64,000 bases of DNA from positions 134,347 through 198,346 of the forward strand of contig NW_005201277.1 of NCBI RefSeq assembly GCF_000372725.1, written 5' to 3'. This document shows positions 21,447 through 32,771 of this stretch, in pieces (position 1 is the first letter of the stretch; every line of letters starts with the position of its first letter). The notes under the pieces are model-generated. The model ran no database searches and was not told the origin of the DNA. It saw nothing but the letters and a program-made list of their open reading frames with translations. This DNA is from Emiliania huxleyi CCMP1516. Lineage: Eukaryota. The translations under genes and the position numbers were made by a program.

Positions 21447-21988
21447 ATGAGCCCACTCTACCGGCTGCTCCTGCTCACGTTCCCGCTTGCCGGCCAAGCC
21501 GAGGTGTCCTGCTTGACCGCCGAGCAGTGTCAGAAGGGCCCCGAGGGCGGCTCTCCGGAGCACGGATCAAGCATCTGCGAGGAGCTCATGCAGAACAAAA
21601 TGTGCGCGAAGCCCGAGAGCGGCGGGCTTTGCTGCTCGGATGCGTCGATGGCGGAGGCGCAGGAGGCGGCGCGCCTCGCCGACGACGGCGCTCCGGCGGC
21701 GGACGCCGACGCGGAGGAGGAGGTGAATGTCCAGGACGCTGCGGAGGAGGGCGCTGCGGAGGAGGCCGAGGCGGCTGCTGGAGGGCAAGGGGAGGAGTGT
21801 GCGGGCGGCGGCGCGCGCAGAGGTCGCGCGCCGGCCTCTCGAAGGTTCCTTCTTGAGCCTTGCCTCGCATATTCATAGGCGAATCCCCTCCGGAGGCAGA
21901 GTGTCGGCAGTGCAGCTCCAGGGCCCGCCGCATTCTGAACCGCCTCCGCCGCGTCTTCGCGAAGAAGTCGCCTCCGTGCTGCGCCTGA
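21447..21988 (+). CDS. Small secreted Cys-rich protein (~157 aa; exons 21447-21810, 21879-21988)
   Basis: Signal-peptide-like MSPLYRLLLLTFPLAGQA, Cys cluster, acidic linker; predicted GC-AG intron gives C-terminus ECRQCSSRARRILNRLRRVFAKKSPPCCA*. Confidence 0.6.
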
Positions 21989-22842
21989 GAGACGGCGCCT
22001 GGGCGGCGTGAGGCTGTGGTCTATTGTTGGTGGCAAACCCGGCTGGGGGGCGGCCGCTCCCCTGCTTCCTCCCGAAAGGCGTCGCTGTATAAAGCGAGAG
22101 CGAGGGGCGAGCAGCGGCCCAACTCTGGCGGTCCCCATTTCTGTCGAATATAATATTTGCCTGCATTTTTTTAATGCTGGACGACAGCCCAGGTCGTTCC
22201 AACTTTTTCCGGGGTAGTATGGTATGGTGAGTATTGTGTGTGAGTGTGTGCTGATCCCACTCGTAAAACCAACTAACTCTCAGGTGGGCAGTGTACCAGT
22301 AGGTGTGTGCACGCAGCTGCGCAGTGACCAGTGTGGGGGGGCGAGAGCTTCACGCGCTCATCTATCTCGATCGACAAGGCGTCGCTACGCGCGGTCTTCT
22401 GCGGGGGGAGCTTCGTCGACGGGTGCGGGACCGCGGCGCAGCCAGCGTTGCGGCGATGCCTCCGGCTGTTGCGGCGAGTGGTTTGCTGCGGTCGATGCGA
22501 TGGCGAAAAACTCGCGTCTCGTCGCACACCAACGCAAGTCCAACGGAGCTTACGCTCTGTCGAGACGTGAGGCGCTTGCGCCCGGGAGGGGAGGGTGCAT
22601 GCGTAACGACGCTGCTAGAGATGCCTTTCGGGGCCGCCCAGAGATAAAACTTCTGATGCCATGCGTGACCTAGTAGTGTCCCCAGCTATGGGCGTGTCCA
22701 CGTTGGAGCCAGGTGTGGTGTGGACGCGAGAATAGCTCCGCCGTTCATGGAGGCAACCGATGCGAGTATAATGTCGTCGTGGTTTTGTATCAAGAATACT
22801 CACTCATGGTACTTCTCGCGGCCCAAAGGGGTCTGAGCCCTG

Positions 22843-23040
22843 GTCTGACAGCCTGACAGCGCTGACAGCACTTTCTCTGACAGTCTGACAGCACGTATCT
22901 GACAGCCTGACAGCAGAGCCTGACAGGCGAGGCGACCCGTCGCTGTCAGGCCCTAAAACGTGACAGCCTGACAGCTGCCTGACAGCCCGACAGCACACAG
23001 TGGCCTGACAGCAGCACTGACAGCCCGACAGCAGCACAGA
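22843..23040. repeat. Degenerate (CTGACAG)n tandem array
   Basis: More than 15 copies of CTGACAG/CCGACAG. Confidence 0.85.
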
Positions 23041-23056
23041 CCGTACACAGACCCCA

Positions 23057-25693
23057 TAGGAAGGGGCAACCAGTATGTGGTGTGAAAACCCCTATTTGGT
23101 GCGACGGCGCAGAGTGCGCCGAATCGGCGCAGAAATCGGCGCACTTCTGCGCCGGCGCCCGAGCGCATGATCTGCAGCCGGCAGACCGGTCGCACATTCT
23201 TGCGCCGTGTGCCGGCGCACTTTGCTGCCGCCGGACTGTCACTGTTGCTGTCACGCCAGTGCGCACTGTTGCGCCGTAAGCCGGCTGCACTTTTTGCACC
23301 ACATAGGGGTTGCCACCACACTGGTGCGCACTCGCATCTCATGCTCTGCTGCCAGACTGATTGATGCCCCGCTGCCAGCGTGGCAGACACATTGCTCGGA
23401 CCGCAGTCAGGCTGTGAGTCGGCGCCGCCGCCTCTGCTTGTTTTCCGCGGACCGAAACGCCGCCGACGAGGACACTCGCATGACGAGGACACTCGCCGAC
23501 GACAGTGGCGCCTGAGGGCGTGGGCTGCACGGCCCTTCGGGGCGGCCCGCGGGGCAACGGGAGGGAGCTCTCCCGCCGTCGTGGCGCACTACATGTTCCG
23601 GCCTCTCTACAGTCGCCTTTTGGCATCTCCTCTCGCCGCCGAGTTAGACCCCGCCGCACCGACATCACCGCCAGCGCCCTTCCCAAGCACCTTCCCGGCG
23701 GGCAGCGCTCCGTAGCGGCGCTGGCGGCCCCTGCGAGCCGGCCGTCACCGCGAGTGCGTACTCGAAGGCGCGCGCGTCCCCTCCCTCCCCGGCCCGCCGC
23801 GTCCCTCTGACCACCCCTCCGCCCTCCCCCTCCCGGGCCAGGCGTGCCTCGGGGGCGTACAAAATGGGCGCGGAGCGCATACCCGGCGACGGTCTCTCTT
23901 GTGCCTGAGCGCTGCCCCCCTCTCGGGCGCTGCGAGCTGCGTCATGCGCGTCCCTTCCGCCGCTCGGCCGCGCCCCTGCCCGACTCACCCTCCGACTCGG
24001 CCGCAAGACCATAGCACCGGCACTGCTGGCGACACAGGACGACCGCCAAGAGCGCTGCACCAACCCCCCCTGGGGGGGGGGGCAGCGGCCCTCAAGCAGT
24101 AGCACGGCTACCGTGTGAAAGTGTGACACCCCAAAACCGTAAATAGCACGACAAAATACGTACTGGCTGGTGGATCACCATGGAGCGATCATGCACATGC
24201 GATATGGCATGTTTTGCGAGTATATGGGACACGATGTCTCAAATATGAGGGGTTTTGACTCCTACCGGCTCCTGACGCTATTCCTGGCAGCTCTTATGAC
24301 CAGGATCAGTAGTGCTATGATACAGGGTGCCCATGCTAGCGCAGGAGCTGCCACACTCGCCCGGACCGTCCCCTTCTGGGCCCGGTTCCGCAGCCCGCGA
24401 GAGCCGACAGCGGGGCCGTGCCGCGGGTGCCTACTGCCGAGTGCCACAAACACTGCGCCGTCCCGCCATCACCTACAGGCTGTCTTGTGTGATGGTTGGG
24501 ATGTCCAAACGCCACCATCTTGGCTCTTGCGACCTCAAACCCGCGAGCTGTATGGGTGGTCCTGACGTCGACAGACGCCCGATGACCACGGTGAAGCTGA
24601 GCTGGAACGAGTCGACAAGTCTCGTCTGAGCCCGTGGCGGTCGCCGGCTGGGTCGCTGTGCACGGGCCGGTACCTCAGGCGTCACCTCCGCAGCCTCAGG
24701 TCTCACACTCCATCACCTCCGCCGGGACGCCGTCGGTGGCACGCTCGGCGGCGACTTTGTGGCAGCCCCACAGCGAGCGCGGCATCGAGCCTACTCGGTC
24801 TGGTCGGTCGGCCGCACTCCCTGGGTGCCAGGGAGTGCGGCCGACACGCGAGCGGTGCTTCCTGGCAGCGCGCGCCGGCTGTGGGGCTGCCACAAACTCG
24901 AGACACGCTTTTTTGGGACATTTTCGACGCTTTTGTCCCATATACTCGCAAAACATGCCATATATGCCTTATGCGTCATGGACGATGGACGGCAGAGCTC
25001 TCTCGTCTCTCACGGAGACACAGGGACGTACACGCTAGCGTCGTGGTACACCCCTCACTAGACAGCGGTGCCGCGGTGGAGGCACCCGCGGGCCTCTCCG
25101 CCCCTTGGGCGGGAGGCGGCGGCTGCTGCGGCGGCGGCGGCTGCTGCGGCGTCGGCGGCGGCGTCGGCGGCGGCGGCGACGGCGGCGGCGGCGGTGGCGG
25201 AGGGCTCCAGGAGGGGTGCCCGCGTGGTTGGGTTGGTCGGATGGCTTTTTGCCGCGCAGAGAGGCGCTGCAGATCGGCCAGCGAGAGACTCATGAGCGTC
25301 TGGGTTGAGCGTGTGGGGCCCCAAATCTGCGCCGGCGGCGCACATCTGCGCCGGCCGGCGCAGAGTGCGCCGGCGGCGCAGAGTGCGCCGGCGGCGCAAA
25401 GTGCGCCGTTTGGCGGCGCAGATCTGCGCCGGCGCCGGCGCAGATCTGCGCCGGCACCGGCGCAGAAGTGCGGCCGGATCCGGCGCAGAAAACGGCGCAC
25501 TTTTGCCCGCACCACATACGCGTTTTGCATGGTTTTACGCGCCCCACCGCCGGCCCAGACCGCCGCCCGGCCCGCCCGTCCGCCCGCCGCCTACGGTGCC
25601 CACCCCGCGCCCCCGGAGCCCGAAAACGGGGCGCCGCGAGCTCGCAACCGAGTTTTCCTCGAAATCACACCACATACTGGTTGCCCCTTCCTA
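23057..25693. mobile_element. Non-autonomous TIR DNA element (~2.6 kb)
   Basis: Exact 29-bp inverted repeat TAGGAAGGGGCAACCAGTATGTGGTGTGA at 23057-23085 and 25665-25693 (outer TA may be the TSD); subterminal TGCGCCGGCG arrays at both ends; no transposase. Confidence 0.8.
24202..24963. mobile_element. MITE-like element nested in the TIR element
   Basis: Exact 30-bp inverted repeat ATATGGCATGTTTTGCGAGTATATGGGACA at 24202-24231 and 24934-24963. Confidence 0.65.
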
Positions 25694-25773
25694 GGCCGTG
25701 GGCCTGTGGGCTTGCTTGGGGCGCACCCCACCCCGCCCACGGTGAGGCACCTGGACAAGCCTGACAGAAAGGG

Positions 25774-27036
25774 GTGGGCCACGCCGTTTCCCGCGTGGCG
25801 TGGCAGCGCGGCGCGGCCTCGTGCTGCTCGATGGGGCGGCCACACCCGTACCTTGAGCGCCTGCCATACCTGCCTGGCCAGTGCTGGACGGTGCCATGCC
25901 CGTACGGCGGCGGGCGGTGTCTCCCGCGTGCGACGTCCAACCAGCGCTTCGTCATCAATGTTGGGCACCAAACGCTTGAGCTGACGTATCCTTTGCTCGC
26001 AGCGAGCATGGCTGCCGGATCGGCGCCGGAATCAATCTGGTGGCAGTTTGATGCGCTGCCCCTCACCCGCGAGCTGCTCGCACTCGCCTTTCCGAGCACG
26101 CGGCTTCACTTTGGACCAGCCGACGGCCCGCGAGGCTGCCTCACGACCAAGTCCTTCCGGCCGTCAACGCGAGGGATGGACGTGCATCAAGCGGGCGCGC
26201 TGCGCCGCCTCGTCTGGAGCAAGTGCGGCATCGCTTCGCGGCCTCCTTCCGCACCGCTCCGCGTGCGCGTCCTCGACCGGCCTCGCAGCGGAGGAGGGTC
26301 AAAGAACCAGTGCCGGCTGCCCGGTCCGCACGCGGGAGGACGCCGCCTCTCCAACGCAACCGTCGCCGCCCTGCGGTCGCAGCTTCCCGTCGCTCTGCTC
26401 TCGGCGGGCGTGGCTGACGCTCCCCTCGAGGTGGTCTACCTGCCGGATCGGCCGGACTCGCTCTGCGATCAGGCACGAGACGCCCGTTCCGCCCCTCGCC
26501 TCCCGCGCCAACGCGCTGACGGCGCGCCTAGTCCCGCCCCCCAGGCGCGCAGGTTCGGCGAGGCGGATGTGCTCATCTCACCGCACGGCGCCCACCTGGT
26601 CCACATCCCGCAACTCTCGCCCGCCGCCGTCTTCGTCGAGGTGACGCCGTGGGCGGCCGCCTGGCTCGGCCCCTTCGCCTCGGTTGCGGCCTCCATTCGC
26701 CTGCGCAGGCTGCAGCTCTGCAGCCTGCGGCCGCCAGGCGAGAGGAGCGGGCTCGCCGAGGCGCAGTGCGGCAGAGACCAAAGGCGCGACGTGGGCTGTC
26801 TCTACAACGCGATGAACTGCTACGAGCAGGAGGTCGTGTCACGAAATGGCACGTCGCCGTGTGCGAAAGGGCAGGGCCGCTGCCGGTGCATCGGGCCAGC
26901 GCTGCGCCAGGCGGTGGCGTGGGCCAAGGAGGCCAGGGTGGCGTTGGGCGCTGCGGGGATTGCTGAGCAGCGCACGAGCGGCCGGCCGCTGCCGCGCCGC
27001 TCTGCCCTTGCTCGACCGTGGGTTAGGTCGTCCTGA
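25774..27036 (+). CDS. Glycosyltransferase family 61 (DUF563)-like protein; 5' end uncertain; in-frame GC-AG intron 26473-26544
   Basis: VLDR...RRLSN, SLCDQARRFGEADVLISPHGAHL, VFVEVTP motifs. Confidence 0.7.
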   Translation: MGHAVSRVAWQRGAASCCSMGRPHPYLERLPYLPGQCWTVPCPYGGGRCLPRATSNQRFVINVGHQTLELTYPLLAASMAAGSAPESIWWQFDALPLTRELLALAFPSTRLHFGPADGPRGCLTTKSFRPSTRGMDVHQAGALRRLVWSKCGIASRPPSAPLRVRVLDRPRSGGGSKNQCRLPGPHAGGRRLSNATVAALRSQLPVALLSAGVADAPLEVVYLPDRPDSLCDQARDARSAPRLPRQRADGAPSPAPQARRFGEADVLISPHGAHLVHIPQLSPAAVFVEVTPWAAAWLGPFASVAASIRLRRLQLCSLRPPGERSGLAEAQCGRDQRRDVGCLYNAMNCYEQEVVSRNGTSPCAKGQGRCRCIGPALRQAVAWAKEARVALGAAGIAEQRTSGRPLPRRSALARPWVRSS

Positions 27037-27109
27037 GCTTTTTTTAGAGATTTTACGTTGAAAGAAAACAAACAAACAACAGCCAACACACGGACTCTCG
27101 AAGAAAAGT

Positions 27110-27680
27110 CCAAGATGGCGGGAGGCGGCTCGCGCCCCCAGCCGTGCACCAGCATGCCTCTCTAGTCCCGCCTGCCACCCAGATACCGAGAGCTGGGCGC
27201 ACTCTTCGACTTGGGCTATTATCTGGCCTCGGGAGGGCGGCGGCGGCGGCGTAGAGGCGGCGGCGAGCTCCCGGTTGCAAATACTCGCCTCACGGTCCAA
27301 GATGGCGGCTCGCGCCCCCGGCCGTGCTCTGGCGTGCCTGTCTAGTCCACCGCCTGCCACCCAGATACCGAGGGCGGGGGGCGCACTCTTCGACTTGGGC
27401 TATTATCTGGCCTCGGGAGGGCGGCGGCGGCGGCGTAGAGGCGGCGGCGAGCTCCCGGTGGCAAATACTCGCCTCACAGTCCAAGATGGCGGCTCGCGCC
27501 CCCGGCCGTGCTCTGGCGTGCCTCTCTAGTCCTGCCTGCCACCCAGATACCGAGGGCGGGGCGCACTCTTCGACTTGGGCTATTATCTGGCCTCGGGAGG
27601 GCGGCGGCGGCGGCATAGGGGCGGCGGCGAGCTCCCGGTTGCAAATACTCGCCTCACCACACGGTCCAAGATGGCGGCTC
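27110..27680. repeat. ~185-bp tandem repeat, 3 copies plus a partial
   Basis: Units start CCAAGATGGCGG at 27110, 27297, 27481, 27666. Confidence 0.9.
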
Positions 27681-27773
27681 ACACGCCCAACCATGCTCTG
27701 GTGCGTCGATTGGGTCGCGTCTGCTCACTGCTGCCCGTGTCTCTGTCTTATCGGCGCGACGACAACAAGCTAC

Positions 27774-28020
27774 CCCTAACCCTGTAACCCTAACCCTAAC
27801 CCTAACAACCCTAACCCTAACCCTAACCCTAACCCTAACCCGAAGAACTCGGAGCATTCACCGAGAGCTCGCGTCAACGGACCGCTGCCTGGTTCCTCCA
27901 TTCCGACCCGAAGCGGCCCGTTCTTAGGAGCTGCACAACGGCTTGAACTCTCTGACCCTAACCCTAACCCTAACCCTAACCCTAACCCTAACCCTAACCC
28001 TAACCCTAACCCTAACCCTA
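27774..28020 (-). repeat. Interstitial telomeric (CCCTAA)n tracts (27774-27840, 27955-28020)
   Basis: Direct reading of the sequence. Confidence 0.95.
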
Positions 28021-28475
28021 GCCGAGGCGCGCGCGCGAGGCTGGGTGCTTTGCTACCTTGCTTGTGTCTCCCGTGGCCGGAGGGTTGGTTGGGTGGTGGG
28101 GATGGGTCGGTCGGTGTGGGTGGGTTTCCTCGCCTCACTCATCAGCCGGGTGGGCCGTGCGTGAGGTGGGTGGGGGTGGGTGGGTGGTGCCAAGCCTCAG
28201 CCGGGCCGTGAGGTCGGTGGGGTGGGTGGGTGGCTCCAAGCCCCAGCCGGGCCGTGAGGTCGATGGGCCGGATTTCGCTTGACTTGGTCGGTTTGAGAAC
28301 TTTAGTGCGGGAGGGTCGGCGAGCACTCACTCACTAGGGCGGCGCCGCAGGGCCGGCCGGGCGCCCAGGGAGTTTGGCTCCCAGATTGCTCGGCTTGCGA
28401 AAATTTTGAAGAAATTTGCGGCCGGGCCTGATTTTCAACAATATCTTTCAAATTTGCGGTGTGGAGTTGGGGGGT

Positions 28476-28770
28476 GGGTTAGGTTAGGGTTATTAGGGTT
28501 AGAGGGTTTGGGTTAGGGTTAGGGTTAGGGTCAGGGTTAGTCTTGTTGTGTCTGTATATGCCAGCGTTGCAGGGGTCTGCGCTGGGATCTGGCCCCACAG
28601 CGCCGACGACTGAGACTCAGCCCCGCACGCTGACGTAGGGTTAGGGTTAGGGTTAGGGTTAGGGTTAGGGTTAGGGTTAGTCTTCTTGTGTTTGTATGCC
28701 AGTGTTGCAGAGTTCTGCGCTGGGATCTGGCCCCAGCGCCGACGAGTAAGACTCAGCACCGCACGCTGAC
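28476..28770 (+). repeat. Interstitial (TTAGGG)n tracts, each followed by a ~95-bp duplicated unit
   Basis: TTAGGG runs at 28478-28540 and 28638-28680; unit GTCTT.TTGTGT...CTGGGATCTGGCCCC...CGCACGCTGAC occurs twice. Confidence 0.9.
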
Positions 28771-29964
28771 CCCACCAAATGCCGCCTCAGGGCGCCAGGC
28801 CGCCAGCCACCTCTTACACGCGGCCGGCGCCCTCTCGCGGCAAAAGCCAAAAGGGTCGAGCGAGCGGGCAGAGTCGCGATGTCCCTGCGCACCTGGGTGT
28901 TCGCCGCCTATATGCTCTATCCTGTGCCACGACGGACACGTTTTGACAATCAAAATCTACCTCAAAATTTGCGGCCGCCCCTCGAAATTTGCTGATCAAA
29001 ATTTGCGGTGGCCCGGATCGAAACCTGTACTTTGGCCAACTGCCAAAAAGCACCTTTGGCGGCTATTGCTCAAAACCCTGGGAGAGAAGGCCTACATAGT
29101 ATTACTGCATCCATGCGTCTGGTGCATGAGGGCTGTGGGTCGGGACATTTCACGGTCGGTGGCGCCGATATTGACCTCCGGAAAGCCCTCGCAATCGCTC
29201 GGCACGGGGTCACCGGCCACCGGGAGTGCTCTCGAGCCCTACACCGGAGCATCACGAGCCGGTGCGAGCTTGAAGACCCGAGATAAGTGCGGTCTGGGAC
29301 AGCTCAGGGTTGCTACTGATGGGCTAGGCCAGGAGAGCGACAGAGAAGGCGAGGTGGTGAGCTGGTAATCCATCGCAAGCGACCCGGAGCGCGCAACCGC
29401 GCATCTCGCCGCCGCGGGGCTCCGACTGGTTATCTAGACCTTCCTTCTTCCTCCCTGTTCCTTCCTTTCCCCTTCCCATCTCTTCCCGGCCTCCCGGCCG
29501 GCGCCTGCGGCGCCGTTCTTTTTTTTCCTTTTCTTAAAGAAAGAAAGAAAGAAAACAGACAACCCAAGGGAGGGATGGGAGGACGGCACGCCGCCACCAC
29601 ACAGGGATTTTAAGGAGAGGTGTGTGGTGCGCTAGCCGTCGCCCACCCTAGGGAGTCTGCCTCTTCCTATCTCTCTTCGCAGTCTCTCGCCGCTTCTCGC
29701 TGCATTCCTTTTCTTGCCACCATAGCTGCCTTGATTCCTTCGGACCACTAAACCGCTCTACCTATCCCATCCATTACCGTGCCCCATGTTTCAAGTGCGG
29801 TCGTTTTACCAGGCGCCCAACCGACGGCCGCGCCGCGATTTTTTTTTGCCTGCCCCGTCTTCGCCGTCGCGCGACGACCACGCCGGTGTCAAAACTTCGC
29901 CTTTTCTTTTTTCCGCCCTTCTCTTTTATACCTGGTAAAACGCATGCCAAATTCTTTGTTCACG

Positions 29965-31101
29965 ATGGTGCCCGCCTCGACGCCCTCTGCGCCGCCGCCA
30001 AGCGGCGCCGCGCCGCCTCCCGGCTCCGAGACTTTGGACCTTGGTCGCTGGCAGGTCGTCATCGCCGATGGGCACGCGGTGCTGCCCGAAGGCATGACGC
30101 ACTTGCCGGACGGGGCGTTTCGCGGCCGCACCTCTCTCGTCTCGGTCGCCTTCCCGCGCAGCCTCGCCTCCATCGGCAGCGGCGCCTTCGAGGGCTGCTC
30201 CTCGCTCGTCTCCATCGACCTCCCCGCCAGCCTCGTCTCCATCGGCAACCAGGCCTTTTACAGCTGTTCCTCCTTCATCTCCATAGACCTCCCTGCCAGC
30301 CTCACCTCCATCAGCGACTTCGCCTTCCGCGACTGCTCCGCCCTCTCCTCCGTCACCTTCCCCGCCACCCTCACCTCCATCGGCCGCAACGCCTTCGAGG
30401 GCTGCTCCGCCCTCGTCTCCGCCGCCTTCCCCGCCGGCCTCACCTCCATCGGCATCTGCGCCTTCGCCTTCTGCTCCTCCCTCGTCTCCGTCACCCTCCC
30501 CGCCGGCCTCACCTCCATCGGCATGTACGCCTTCAACAGCTGCGAGGCCCTCTCCTCCGTCACCTTCCCCGCCGGCCTTACATCCATCGACCACGGCGCC
30601 TTATACGGCTGCTCCGCCCTCTCCTCCGTCACCTTCCCCGCTGGCCTCACCTCCATCGGCAACAGCGCCTTCAACGGCTGCGAGGCCCTCGGCTCCGTCA
30701 CCTTCCCCGCCGGCCTCACCTCCATCGGCATCTTCGCCTTCTCCCGCTGCTCCGCCCTCTCCTCCGTCACCTTCACCGCCAGCCTCACCTCCATCGGCGG
30801 CTACGCCTTCTGCGGCTGCTCCTCCCTGACCCGCGTCACCGTGCCAGACACCGCCACGATCGGCGACGAGGCTTTCGAACCTGAGACCACCGTCCTCCGC
30901 CTCCCTCCCAAGAGAATGCGCGACCTGCAGCGCTGGTACGAGGCGGTGGCTTTTGTTCTGGCCTACAAACGCTGCCGCCCCCTCCTCTACGGCTGGCTAG
31001 AGCGGGCCCAGACCAGGCTCGGCTCTTACGGCCCGGACGGCGCGGCGCGCCAGCGCGACCTCGAGGAGTTCGAGGGCGATTTTGGGCTGCTTGTAGAGTG
31101 A
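29965..31101 (+). CDS. BspA-type (LRR_5/TpLRR) leucine-rich repeat protein, intronless
   Basis: About 11-12 repeats of 23 aa, FPAGLTSIGxxAFxxCSALSSVT. Confidence 0.9.
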   Translation: MVPASTPSAPPPSGAAPPPGSETLDLGRWQVVIADGHAVLPEGMTHLPDGAFRGRTSLVSVAFPRSLASIGSGAFEGCSSLVSIDLPASLVSIGNQAFYSCSSFISIDLPASLTSISDFAFRDCSALSSVTFPATLTSIGRNAFEGCSALVSAAFPAGLTSIGICAFAFCSSLVSVTLPAGLTSIGMYAFNSCEALSSVTFPAGLTSIDHGALYGCSALSSVTFPAGLTSIGNSAFNGCEALGSVTFPAGLTSIGIFAFSRCSALSSVTFTASLTSIGGYAFCGCSSLTRVTVPDTATIGDEAFEPETTVLRLPPKRMRDLQRWYEAVAFVLAYKRCRPLLYGWLERAQTRLGSYGPDGAARQRDLEEFEGDFGLLVE

Positions 31102-31245
31102 CAGGCGTGATTGAAACCGCCGGCGCTGCGGCTGGAGCTCCTCCTCCTGTTAGTCCTGAGGAGGAGCGTGTACGAGACCCGCCAGCTGCTGCTTCCTTCA
31201 GCCAGACGGCCGGGCCTGCGCAGCACGACCGCTCCATGCAGACAG

Positions 31246-32694
31246 CAGACTGACATCCCTGCGGCGAGGCTTGTTGCGGGCGCGCGCAGCCAGAGGGCGG
31301 CGCGGGGAGTGGCGGCGTGCGCGTGGTCCCGAGGCGGAGGCGGTGTGCTGCAGGCGAGCGGGAGAAGCTGCTGCAGATGGAGGCGACGCTCGCGCGGTCC
31401 GTCATCGGGCAGGACGAGGCGCTCGCCGTCGTGTCGAACGCGGTGCGAGTCTCGCGCGCGGGGCTGCAGTCGTCCGAGCGCCCGCTCGGCGCGCCCCTGC
31501 TGGTGTGGCCGACCGGCTCGCTCTGCCTGCCGCGAGCCCTCCCGGAGCCTTGCCTGCGCAGGCACCTTCATGCTGGTCGGGCCGACCGGCGTGGGCAAGA
31601 CGCGCCTCTGCAAGGTTCCTCTTCGACTCGGCCGACGCGGTCACGCGGCTCGACATGTCCGAGTTCAGCGAGAAGCACGCCGTCTCTCGCCTCGTCGGCG
31701 CGCCGCCCGGCTACGTCGGGTACGACGAGGGCGGCCAGCTGACCGAGGCGGTGCGGCGGCGGCCGTACTCGGTGCTGCTCCTCGACGAGTTCGAGAAGGC
31801 GCACCGCGAGGTTGCGACGCTGCTGCTGCAGGTCCTCGACGAGGGCCGCCTCACCGACTCGCAGGGCAGACGGTCGACTTCCGCAACACGATCATCATCA
31901 TGACGTCCAATTTGGGCGCAGAGGCAGCTCGCGTCGCTGCCGGAGGGGGCCGCCTCCTCCAAGGCGCGGCCCGAAGTGCTCAAGGCGATCGCGGACGCCT
32001 TCCCGCCCGGGTTCGTCAACCGGCTCGACGAGATTGTGGGCCCCGTAGCCGAGATTGTGAGCCCCGTAGCCGAGGTTGTGGGCCCCGTAGCCGAGACGCG
32101 GCGCGAGGGGGGGCCGAGAGGGTTCGCCGTCGAGTTCCGGCTTCGCCCCCCCTCCCCCCCTCCCCCCGGCGGCCTGCTCACCGGCGGCGCCGCGAGCAGG
32201 TCCTCTTCGAGCGGCTCACCCGCGAGCGCATCGCCGCCATCTGCGCTGTCGAGGTGCAGCTGCGGGAGCGCCTCTCTGCGCGCGGTGTCCGCCTGCGCCT
32301 CTCCCCGGACGCCCTGCTCCGGCTGGCGGAGGCCGGGTACGACCCGGCGTACGGCGCGCGGCCGGTGCGGCGCGCCATCCGCCACCACCTGCTCGACCCG
32401 CTCTCCCGGCTGCTGATCGGAGACCAGGAGGCGCAGGACGGCGCGACCGTCCTCGTCGACACGAAGGACACCGGCGCGGGCGCGGGCGGCGGCGCGGCGC
32501 AGCCCTCCATCGTGCCGCCGCTGCCGGGCGTGCCTTTCGCCACGGGGCTGTTTGGCGCCGGCGGCGCCGCCGCGGCGGTGCCGCCGAGCGACATGGCCGC
32601 CGCTGTGCGCATCCGATTGCTGGCTCCGGGTGCGCCGCTTCCGCCAGAGGACACGGGGGTCGACTGGGACGAGGGGCCGGAGTCGGCAGCGTAG
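31246..32694 (+). pseudogene. clpB: ClpB/Hsp78/Hsp101 C-terminal (NBD2) fragment with frameshifts
   Basis: [81 protein letters not shown]; frame breaks near 31615 and 31870; NBD1 absent. Confidence 0.8.
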
Positions 32695-32771
32695 CCGTAG
32701 GTGTGCCTGATACTTTATGTGTTTCAACTAAAAACATCAAAAAGGCAAAACATCCAACTGCAACTAAATCT

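Noticed and set aside
27110..27680. 185-bp repeats as CRISPR, or CAAGATGGCGGC as a YY1 site
   Set aside because: Plain tandem satellite; the match to an animal motif has no supporting evidence here
27774..28680. True chromosome end or telomere-telomere fusion
   Set aside because: Genes continue on both sides, and the CCCTAA-then-TTAGGG order is opposite to a fusion scar
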